This document shows positions 48,602 to 56,666 of a stretch of DNA of 64,000 nucleotides, piece after piece. The stretch is from a virus: positions 32,001 to 96,000 of IMG/VR virus record IMGVR_UViG_3300025810_000004; one strand, written 5' to 3'. The translations under genes were made by a program, and so were the position numbers. The first letter of the stretch is position 1, and each line of letters starts with the position of its first letter. The notes under the pieces were generated by a model, which ran no database searches, was not told the origin of the DNA, and saw only the letters and a list, made by a program, of their open reading frames with translations.

Positions 48602-49081
48602 ATGGAAGACCCCAAGAGACAGGCTATCAGAAGAGTCATGGCCTCCGGCAAGAAGCCGGAGAGGGCCATATACTCGGCTGTCTTCTTGGAGGACCCCAAG
48701 GAACTCATGAGGTGGTGGGAGAGCAACGTCGGCAGTCCCTTGCACCCCAAGGCGTTTTCCCACCATATGACTATAAAGTACAAGCCCGACCCGGACGAGG
48801 TCACGAGTCTCCCCATAGGCTCCCCCGTGAGGCTGAAGATAGTCGGTTGGGCCGAAGACGAGCGGGGTCAAGCCGTGGTCGTGGAGCCTCACGGCGTCAG
48901 GAGTACCAACGCTATACCCCACATAACAGTGGCCACGAATGGTGCTCCCCCCTCCTACTCCAACGAGCTGTTGGAAAGAGGGTGGGACCCAGCCCGTGGT
49001 TCTCTCAGTGGCCGAGTGGGGTACAAGGGAACGAAAGGAAGCGAGGTTTTTGACCTCACCGGCACTGTGTACGACCTTTAG
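48602..49081 (+). CDS. 2H phosphoesterase
   Basis: two HxT motifs: HHMTI and PHITV. Confidence 0.75.
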   Translation: MEDPKRQAIRRVMASGKKPERAIYSAVFLEDPKELMRWWESNVGSPLHPKAFSHHMTIKYKPDPDEVTSLPIGSPVRLKIVGWAEDERGQAVVVEPHGVRSTNAIPHITVATNGAPPSYSNELLERGWDPARGSLSGRVGYKGTKGSEVFDLTGTVYDL

Positions 49082-49086
49082 GACCT

Positions 49087-49141
49087 CGTTAGAGTGTTTA
49101 TTTCTCCGGTTGGGTGTTCTTTCATCCAACCGGAGAAATAA
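49087..49141 (+). promoter_or_regulatory. CGTTAG-N6-TAT motif plus 16-bp hairpin covering the SD
   Basis: ttatttctccggttgg (49098-49113) / ccaaccggagaaataa (49126-49141). Confidence 0.7.
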
Positions 49142-49220
49142 GTATGAAGAATCTCACTGCTTCCGATCGCAAGGTCCTCATTCGACTCGCTTCTTCGCTC
49201 CCGAAGGGAGACAAGTCGCG
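49106..49220 (+). repeat. 115-bp exact repeat, copy 2
   Basis: identical to 30732-30846. Confidence 0.9.
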
Positions 49221-49649
49221 TCGCGCCATTCTGGCTGGGCTGAGGTCTACCACGGCGAGTGCCTCAGAACTCCGGAAATTCTGCAGAAAATAGAGGCTGA
49301 CATAGACCGGGAAAACCCGGAGATCGACTACGATTACCCCAACAAGTGGTTCGACATACTTGAAGAGAACAAGAGGGCAATAGAGTCGGTTATATCGAAG
49401 TTGGGGCCTGCGGACGCCAAGAATGCCTTGAGGACCCTGAAGGAAGGGGAGAGGGACATAATCAACACTGGGTACAAGCACGCATGGAGCTTCTTGTACG
49501 CGTTGGATGCCGACGACGAAGTGGAAATGGAAATGACCCCGTTCGAAGATCAGAGGGACATCGATCGTGCCATGAAGGAAGTAGAAAATTACAAGTCCAA
49601 GGCCGAGAAGATGTTCAAGAGTTTCCAGTCTTCAATAAGTAAAAGGTAG
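49144..49649 (+). pseudogene. LIRLA-leader family protein 3, frameshifted
   Basis: leader frame stops at TAG 49291-49293; cargo EILQKIEADID.. continues in the -1 frame to 49649. Confidence 0.7.
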
Positions 49650-49660
49650 ACAGAAATACT

Positions 49661-49713
49661 CGTTAGGGTTTTTATGGTCCCGGTTGGATAACTTTCCCAA
49701 CCGGGACCATAAA
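49661..49713 (+). promoter_or_regulatory. CGTTAG-N6-TAT motif plus 17-bp hairpin next to the start codon
   Basis: tttatggtcccggttgg (49671-49687) / ccaaccgggaccataaa (49697-49713). Confidence 0.7.
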
Positions 49714-49714
49714 T

Positions 49715-50062
49715 ATGAAAAACCTCACCGCATCTGACCGAAAGAACCTCATTCGCCTGGCCTCGAAGATGGAGAAGGGTTCTCCCGAGCGTCGGGCTAT
49801 CCTCGCTGGCCTCAAGAAGAATGCCGAGAGCCTCGCTGACCTTCCCGACGCTCCCATGGGATACAAGTGGGAGGACGTTTCTGACGAGTGGGGAGATACC
49901 GCTTTCACTCTGTACCGTCGCGGCCACGAGGTGGGTTCCGTCGTGGACAATGGCCGCAGCTGGTTGACCTATGTTGCCGGTGAGGAGTGGCCCATAGGTC
50001 GCGGACAGAGCGACATCTGGGACGCTGCTATCCAGCTTCTGGACTACCTCGGGCTTGCCTGA
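49715..50062 (+). CDS. LIRLA-leader family protein 4
   Basis: MKNLTASDRKNLIRLASKMEKGSPERRAILAGL then unique acidic domain. Confidence 0.8.
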   Translation: MKNLTASDRKNLIRLASKMEKGSPERRAILAGLKKNAESLADLPDAPMGYKWEDVSDEWGDTAFTLYRRGHEVGSVVDNGRSWLTYVAGEEWPIGRGQSDIWDAAIQLLDYLGLA

Positions 50063-50107
50063 GCAAGTCCCGCCATCGGGTAGGAAATTCCTATCAAGGA
50101 GCAGTAT

Positions 50108-51670
50108 ATGGCTGGGAAAAAGGCCAAAGCAGACGTTGTTCCGGTTCGTCAGCAGAACCAGTACAACTGTATGACCACGAGCCTCTGCATGGCTCTCCGT
50201 GCCCTTGGTGTGCCCGAAGAGGAGTGCTCTATCCAGCAGGTGAACAAGGTCGTTGGGGCTATGCCCCTCCGAGGCGCGGCTTGGGAGCCCCTGCTTGCAG
50301 CGGCAAACCATTATGGGATGCGAGCCATCTTGACTTTGCCCTCTACGGTTCGGCAGCTGAAGAAGTGGACCGACGCTGGCAGTCCCATAGTCATCGCCTG
50401 GAACCCCGAGGGCCGCGAGTGGAGCCACGCTTCTCTGGTGTTTGACGTCACCGAAGACGACGAGCACGGGTTCTTGGTTCACGTCGCTGACCCGAATATA
50501 CCGGACCCCGATGAAACCGTGCGGGTTGTACCGAAGGGCGAGTTCTACCAGAAGTGGTACGAAAAGTCACCTCAGGGTTTCTTGATCCGTAGACCAGCTT
50601 GCGCAATAGAGCGGGAGATCACTCCCGAAGGGAGACAAGTCATGGCAAGCATGAAGAAATCAGCGGCGCGTCGTGGCCCCCCGTCTCAGGTAGGATCTTC
50701 TGCCCTCCTGAAGCGGCAGGGCTACACCCCCGTCGATGTCATGTTCGGCGAGGCGCTGCCACACCGTCGCCCCATCGTCTCCAAGGGCGATGGGATCATG
50801 GACCGGCGCGGCGACGTGTATCTGTTTGCAGGCATCGCAGGCGACGGCTCACCGATCCTGGCGAAGGATGAACGGGAACTGGAACGGCTCTCGAAGAAGG
50901 TCATCGAAGACCGCTTGCACGTGGTCACCGCAGCAGGCAAAGATTACACCGTTGAGATGCGGGGGGAAGCTGACAACTTCCGTTCTGCTACCTCTGCCAA
51001 GAGGGTCCTCGCACGTTGGGCTCGTACCAGCAAGACCGCCGCTGAATTGAAGGACATCTGGGTCGTCACCGAGCCCGGTGAGGACGACGAAATTGTGGGG
51101 ATAGTGTCCCAGATTTCTGACCCCCGGACGCTTGGGGACCTGATACGGGGCATGGGCAGGAGGTGGGATACCGACCTCCCGGCTCTCCACGACTCTCAGG
51201 ATTCCGCTGAGAAGGACGCCATGCGCCGACTTGAAAAGGTTCACAAGGGTGACGTGCCCGATTGGGTTCTGCAGGACAAGGGTGACTACAAACTGGCTTC
51301 GGTCAGGCGTCTGATCCAGGCTTACACCAAGCAGTCCAACCGCTTCCAGAAGAGGATGGACAGAAAGCTGAAGTCCCTCATAAACCACAGCTTTGAGCGT
51401 ATAGGGCTGGACGGGAACACCAGATTCAACACCCCACAGCAGGGTTATTCTCGTGCTGTGGACCTCATGGGTGAGTACGGTGTGGAGCTGGCGGAGGTGC
51501 CTAATTCGTTCGACTTCAAGCACCGACCGACTGGGACAGTGCGGGTTGACGTGGCCTTCACCAACCAAGAGGACATTTTCTCCCCGTACGAGATCACCAA
51601 CTCCATGCTGGTTATCCAGTACACGGAACTGCGTGAAGATGTTTTCGAGGTCATAGCTTATATGTCTTGA
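50108..51670 (+). CDS. modular protein with N-terminal C39-like cysteine peptidase
   Basis: QQNQYNC, SHASLV, VADPN; further modules separated by KSA/KTA/KLA linkers. Confidence 0.7.
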   Translation: MAGKKAKADVVPVRQQNQYNCMTTSLCMALRALGVPEEECSIQQVNKVVGAMPLRGAAWEPLLAAANHYGMRAILTLPSTVRQLKKWTDAGSPIVIAWNPEGREWSHASLVFDVTEDDEHGFLVHVADPNIPDPDETVRVVPKGEFYQKWYEKSPQGFLIRRPACAIEREITPEGRQVMASMKKSAARRGPPSQVGSSALLKRQGYTPVDVMFGEALPHRRPIVSKGDGIMDRRGDVYLFAGIAGDGSPILAKDERELERLSKKVIEDRLHVVTAAGKDYTVEMRGEADNFRSATSAKRVLARWARTSKTAAELKDIWVVTEPGEDDEIVGIVSQISDPRTLGDLIRGMGRRWDTDLPALHDSQDSAEKDAMRRLEKVHKGDVPDWVLQDKGDYKLASVRRLIQAYTKQSNRFQKRMDRKLKSLINHSFERIGLDGNTRFNTPQQGYSRAVDLMGEYGVELAEVPNSFDFKHRPTGTVRVDVAFTNQEDIFSPYEITNSMLVIQYTELREDVFEVIAYMS

Positions 51671-51679
51671 GGAGCGGTT

Positions 51680-54481
51680 GTGAGTTCGATCAAGAGGATA
51701 GTGGCTCGCTTCTTGGAAGCAGACCTGAACCCCCCACTCGGGTATCCAGGTGGCTCTTGCTATTTCCAAGAGAGGGTTCGGGAGGAAGTCGGAAGCGACA
51801 AGCTGGTGAACCAGATAATGCTGAAGCACCTTCAGAACAAGAAGCTCACTCCCGTCGAAGAGAAGTCCATATACGACGATATGTACTGGGAGGGGAAGGT
51901 CAAAGGCACTTTCTTCGAACTCTTCTTGACTGCTCACGCCCAGTACCGCATGGACCTGCGCGGAGTCACAGTCAGTGACGTAAAGAACTCCCTGAGAGAA
52001 TTCCAGAAGGAGTGGTCCAAAGCACAGAGTCGGGGTGGTCCCAACTATTACACCAACCTCCTCCTGAACAGGGACGTGAGGTGGAAGTCCACCAACCCAC
52101 GGTTTGAGATGTTCTTCACTGTCCTTAAGTTCGTTCCCAAGGACAAGGAACGCGGTCAGAAGATGGAGGTGAGGATTCGTGTCGACTCGGTGTTCTTCTC
52201 TGGGGGTGTGCCGGAGGACCCCGTTCTTCCCAAGAATTGTGATACCTGGAAGAATTGGGAAGGGTGGTCCGGGGAGTACGAAGAGCACGGTCTGGACCGA
52301 ATCCTCCCGGTTCTCCCGAATCGCAGGAACGCAGACTTGAACCCCCCACTCGGATATCCGGGAGGCTCTTGCCACACCATTCAGCGGGTGCACGAAGAGG
52401 TCAGGAACCCAAATCTTAGGGATAACCTGGTAGACAAACTGGAAGAGGGGAAAAGCCTCTCCAATTCAGAAGCTCGCAAGGTCTACAAGGCCCCCCAGGT
52501 TGAAAGCGGAACCCAGTCCAAGCTGCTGAAAGACATCGTCATAACCTCCCACGCCCAGTACCGCATGGACCAGAGGGGTATAACCGCTGTCGAGATACGT
52601 CTGGCACTGAAGCAATTCGTCAAGGCTTTCTACGACGGGAAGTCCCAGAAGTCGGTCGAGTTCATGGACTGGTCCACGGCCATGGCTTACGGCGAGCCTA
52701 TCAGGTGGGTTGCCAAGGTCCCCAAGGGTTTGACTGTAATGTTCCAGATTTCTTCTGGGACCGCCACCGTAGTGACCGTGTACTGGGAGAAGGAACAGGA
52801 CCCCCGCCCTCAGTCTGAAGAGAGCTGTGGCTTCCCTTCAGCGGGTCGCGTGGCTCGCAAGTACGCCATGCGTATAACCCCCACCCCCGGTGTCCAAACC
52901 TTCGTCACCGAGAAGTCCCAAGAGGGGCTCCCAACGAGTGTTGACCATGAAAAGCAGGTGGTCCTCCCTCCAGGCTCTGCGACTCCGGGAGGCGAAGGAA
53001 GGAACATCGGCCCTTTTTCCTATAATGGCCCCGACTCTGAGTCGGACATCTCACCTCGTACCCTTGGTACTCCGGGTGAGGAGCGGGGCCATCCCACGAA
53101 TTTCGTAACTCCTGGCACTATGTCCCGCCGCACCATGACCTCCTCCAGAGCCACCATATTCTGGGAAGAAGAATACGAAGATTTGGAGGGAGACCCCTGG
53201 GAAGTAGCAGAGTCTGCTGGCATAAACATACTCAGGGGCAAGGAGTTCAGGGCTGGGTTCCAAGTTGACGGGGAAATAGTCGCGGTTCTGTTCGACGAGT
53301 CAGACAGAGACGGGTACTCATTCGACATAGCCGTTAGCCCTAACCACAGGAGACAGGGATTCGCCAAGAGGCTGCTGGACATAGCTCTTGACCTTTATGA
53401 GGACAACAGAGAAGCCTACGGCGAAGAGTACACTCTGAACCTTGACGTGGTTAGCCCAATCATGGAAAAGGTGCTGAAGGGAAAAGGCTTCGTGGAAGTC
53501 GGAAGGCAGGGTGGTCACACCATGATGACCAGGGTGGCCTCCTCCTCGATTCCGAATGCCAGGACTCTGCAGCAGGAATTGGTGGACCTGAAATCTTATA
53601 CCGACCACTTTGAAAGGGACTCGGACGGATACCCACTGTGGTACTTCGTTTCTCAGGGAAGTCTGACTTCCACCCCTGACTATGGTGTTTCCAACGCGGC
53701 CCTGCCCCGTGGTGCCGAGGGCAACGAGATAATGAAGACCGAAGAGGAGGTCGAGGGCACGGGGAAAACAGCCTACAAGCGCAGGTGGAAGCCTGGTCAG
53801 AGGCAGCGCAAGTCCAGGGGTAGGACCAAGACCAAGCGCAAAGAGTACAACCGCAAGAACAGGGCAAAGCGCAGACGGTACTCTCAAAAGTGGCGGGACA
53901 AGAACAAGAATAAGGGGGCGTTTCGGTCCAGTGAGAAGAAGAGGAGAAGGTCCAACCGCAGAAGGAGAGGGTCTGTCCTCACCGTTCCGGACATAGCCTT
54001 CCTTATCGGCCCCGAAATGCTGATGGGGTATATACACTCTATTTCTCCCATCAGTGGCATGGTGACCATAGAGCTGGAGGGTTCCAACGTTTCTCAGCTC
54101 GATTCGCTCCCGGTCGAGGTGTTCCTGCGAATGGCGGTATTCCTGACCGAGCAAGACATAAACTCGTTCTTCGAGTTGGTCGACGTCGAGATAGGCCCAC
54201 AAGCCTACGAGGATATGGACGAAAGCATGGTCAAGGACTGTGCTCGCAGATACGACCGTGACCCGGACTCCGACGATTTCAAGAACGATTGTTTCGAACT
54301 CACCGACGAGTACGAGCTTTCTTCCATGGGTGCAGACCAGCTCGAAGCGGTCACCACCAGCATAGTGCAAGGCAACATAGACGACGGCTTCTCCCGGTCC
54401 GTAGAAGACGCAGACGACCCAGAAATTGGCGACGAGTACGACCCCCACCTCTTTTATGGCGAGGTGGAAGTTGACCGATAG
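51680..54481 (+). CDS. multidomain protein: 2x DUF4258-like domains, GNAT acetyltransferase, basic tract, acidic tail
   Basis: DLNPPLGYPGGSC and TxHAQYRMDxRG each twice; IAVSPNHRRQGFAKRLL acetyl-CoA motif. Confidence 0.7.
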   Translation: MSSIKRIVARFLEADLNPPLGYPGGSCYFQERVREEVGSDKLVNQIMLKHLQNKKLTPVEEKSIYDDMYWEGKVKGTFFELFLTAHAQYRMDLRGVTVSDVKNSLREFQKEWSKAQSRGGPNYYTNLLLNRDVRWKSTNPRFEMFFTVLKFVPKDKERGQKMEVRIRVDSVFFSGGVPEDPVLPKNCDTWKNWEGWSGEYEEHGLDRILPVLPNRRNADLNPPLGYPGGSCHTIQRVHEEVRNPNLRDNLVDKLEEGKSLSNSEARKVYKAPQVESGTQSKLLKDIVITSHAQYRMDQRGITAVEIRLALKQFVKAFYDGKSQKSVEFMDWSTAMAYGEPIRWVAKVPKGLTVMFQISSGTATVVTVYWEKEQDPRPQSEESCGFPSAGRVARKYAMRITPTPGVQTFVTEKSQEGLPTSVDHEKQVVLPPGSATPGGEGRNIGPFSYNGPDSESDISPRTLGTPGEERGHPTNFVTPGTMSRRTMTSSRATIFWEEEYEDLEGDPWEVAESAGINILRGKEFRAGFQVDGEIVAVLFDESDRDGYSFDIAVSPNHRRQGFAKRLLDIALDLYEDNREAYGEEYTLNLDVVSPIMEKVLKGKGFVEVGRQGGHTMMTRVASSSIPNARTLQQELVDLKSYTDHFERDSDGYPLWYFVSQGSLTSTPDYGVSNAALPRGAEGNEIMKTEEEVEGTGKTAYKRRWKPGQRQRKSRGRTKTKRKEYNRKNRAKRRRYSQKWRDKNKNKGAFRSSEKKRRRSNRRRRGSVLTVPDIAFLIGPEMLMGYIHSISPISGMVTIELEGSNVSQLDSLPVEVFLRMAVFLTEQDINSFFELVDVEIGPQAYEDMDESMVKDCARRYDRDPDSDDFKNDCFELTDEYELSSMGADQLEAVTTSIVQGNIDDGFSRSVEDADDPEIGDEYDPHLFYGEVEVDR

Positions 54482-55835
54482 TTTGAGGACTCTCAGGTCC
54501 TACATAGGAGACTTGCACTCCCTTTTCGAGTCCGAGGACTACGACGTTCTCATTGAAAAGGCAGAATCTTCCAAAGAGGTGTCACGCCTTTCTCGTATGA
54601 TAGGAGACGTTGACGAGTACCTGACGGGCAACAGGCGTCCGTCTGATTCCAGGTACAACAGAGACGCTTCTGAACTTCTGGAGGGGGGCCGACCTGTGGT
54701 ACATCTGTCTGACGGTGGATACTCTCGTCTCACTCTCTCCATGGACAGGAAACCCCACATGTGGATAGACAAGGGTATCTCCACCAAAAGAGTGGTGGAA
54801 AAGTGGGAAAGTTCCAAGTCTGCTGGGGACATAATCCTGTACGACCAGGAAAACCCCTCAAACAACGAGATAAAGCAACCGGGTCCGGACGTTGGATACA
54901 GAGCTGAGGGCCCGACGACCTACGCCATTTCTCCGGACGAGAAGGAGGGGGTTCCTGCAGGAGGGGGAGTTGGCTTTGGTCTGTATGAAGACGCCCCACC
55001 CGCAAGCTCCAGAGTCATCCCCCAGCAGATGAAGCAGAATCTGGAGGAAAACTACTCCAAGTTCAGCGCTCGCAGGAGAAAGCCCACGAGGTTCAACAAG
55101 AACCTCGTCCTCAACGTCATATACGACCAGTCCAGGGACCCAGAGGGTATAGAGTGGGGGTCAGCCCACGTAATTTCTCCCCACGGGGAAACTGACTGGC
55201 TGGTTTCCTACCGCACCTACACCGGGAAGACGAGGAAGGTCATAGTCGGGGGGCACGAAACCGGACCGGGCAGGGTGTACCTGTCCATCCGACCCTACAA
55301 TTCCAGGCAAGCCGCCCTCATATCCGAGGTTATGGCTAATTGTGGTCCGGAGATTGTGGAGAGGTCCAAAGGTATCTCCTTCAGAAGGACCCGGATCATA
55401 CCCGCCAAGCAGATTCTCACCTACGAGGTGACCGGATCCACGGGGGACAAGTACAAGGTCTATCTGAAGGGCGTGAAGAAGGGGAACGTGAAGGCCATAG
55501 CCAAGATGCCCATAAGGGTGTCTTGTACCTGCAACTTCTTCCGCTGGTCTGGGCCAGAGCATTGGGCCAAGTCGAACGGGTTCCTGTATGGACGCCCGGT
55601 TGGAACTGCCTCTAAGCCAGTGGTAAGAGACCCCAAGGGCAAACATTGGGTTTGTAAGCACGTCTACGCTATTCTTGACGCCAAGAAAAACCTGAAATTC
55701 GCAAACTGGAACCCCGGTGCCGCCTCTGGAACTCCGGTACCAATGTCCAGAGAAGAAGTTCTGGAGCTGGTGACGCCGGAAATAATGCCGGACATCGTAA
55801 CCCGCGTGGCGACCCGATACCTCCTGAAGGGCTGA
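54471..55835 (+). CDS. modular protein with C-terminal SWIM zinc finger
   Basis: CTCNFF..VCKH; terminal RVATRY; start uncertain. Confidence 0.7.
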   Translation: MTDSLRTLRSYIGDLHSLFESEDYDVLIEKAESSKEVSRLSRMIGDVDEYLTGNRRPSDSRYNRDASELLEGGRPVVHLSDGGYSRLTLSMDRKPHMWIDKGISTKRVVEKWESSKSAGDIILYDQENPSNNEIKQPGPDVGYRAEGPTTYAISPDEKEGVPAGGGVGFGLYEDAPPASSRVIPQQMKQNLEENYSKFSARRRKPTRFNKNLVLNVIYDQSRDPEGIEWGSAHVISPHGETDWLVSYRTYTGKTRKVIVGGHETGPGRVYLSIRPYNSRQAALISEVMANCGPEIVERSKGISFRRTRIIPAKQILTYEVTGSTGDKYKVYLKGVKKGNVKAIAKMPIRVSCTCNFFRWSGPEHWAKSNGFLYGRPVGTASKPVVRDPKGKHWVCKHVYAILDAKKNLKFANWNPGAASGTPVPMSREEVLELVTPEIMPDIVTRVATRYLLKG

Positions 55836-55838
55836 ACT

Positions 55839-56666
55839 TCAGAGGGTGTGAAACTTATCCGTTTCCTTGTCCAGAACGAGGTTGGGATAACCGTCCTGCT
55901 CCGAAGACTGCTGAGCGTAGGGTTCCACTGTCCCGTCGGAAGAAGGCTGTCTGAAGGCGCTGTCTATGATGTACACGAGATACTGCACACACAGTTTCTC
56001 CGAGTACAGAACCGGGTCGTAGGACGCCTTCATACCCTCTCCTCTCGTGGCTTGGACTATTTCGGACAGTTCTTCGTTGAGCTGTTCGTACAAGTCCGAG
56101 AGCTTTATTATCCTCTCCTCCAGTCTCACCCTCTTCTGGTACATCTCCTTCTTCGTCCAACCTCGAAGTTGCTTTATGGGTGTCCAGACCCTCTCCTCTC
56201 CGGTTTCCACTTCCCCACCCACCACGCTGGGTTTGAACCCAGACAGGTTGGAGTCTGAGTTCTCGTTCGCCGATGCGAACGAGTAGGAGAATCCCACCCT
56301 ATAGGCAACACCCAGCCCCGGCTGTTGGTCGTCGACCAGTATTCCTTCGTCTGAGACCTTGGCCTGGTTTGGTACCAAGAACATCGAAATATCGAACGGG
56401 TTTCCACCGAGTGCCACATAAGCCTTCAGCAACTTTCCTATGGCGCAGTCCTGAACCCCTTCCACCAGGACTCCCACCCTTTCTTCGGTCTTGAGTCCGT
56501 TGGTTTCGTCCGTTCCGTACAGGATGATTATCCGGCCTATCCGGCGCTGCTCGGCCAGTATGATTTTCTCCCTGTTCCCACAGTCTTTTCTTTCCTGTGT
56601 GACGAACTCCCTGAATACCCTCCACTGCCCCTCTCTGAAGGTGGAGCCCCACTCAAAAGAAGGCAT
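55839..56666 (-). CDS. hypothetical, probable virion protein
   Basis: coupled to upstream gene in a motif-headed operon. Confidence 0.55.
   Translation of the reverse strand: MPSFEWGSTFREGQWRVFREFVTQERKDCGNREKIILAEQRRIGRIIILYGTDETNGLKTEERVGVLVEGVQDCAIGKLLKAYVALGGNPFDISMFLVPNQAKVSDEGILVDDQQPGLGVAYRVGFSYSFASANENSDSNLSGFKPSVVGGEVETGEERVWTPIKQLRGWTKKEMYQKRVRLEERIIKLSDLYEQLNEELSEIVQATRGEGMKASYDPVLYSEKLCVQYLVYIIDSAFRQPSSDGTVEPYAQQSSEQDGYPNLVLDKETDKFHTL

Noticed and set aside
30732-49220. 115-bp repeat pair as a DGR template/variable region
   Set aside because: Copies are identical with no adenine-specific changes, lie at 5' ends, and no reverse transcriptase is in the window.
30732-49713. ccggttgg/ccaaccgg hairpins as CRISPR repeats or tRNAs
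   Set aside because: Dispersed single copies tied to start codons, no spacer periodicity or cloverleaf.
50849-52393. Long antisense ORFs (also 2464-3669, 4462-5781, 11893-13194, 22922-24193, 60453-61652)
   Set aside because: Shadows of real genes caused by codon bias; no motifs or RBS. The one exception kept is the 7653-7795 segment.
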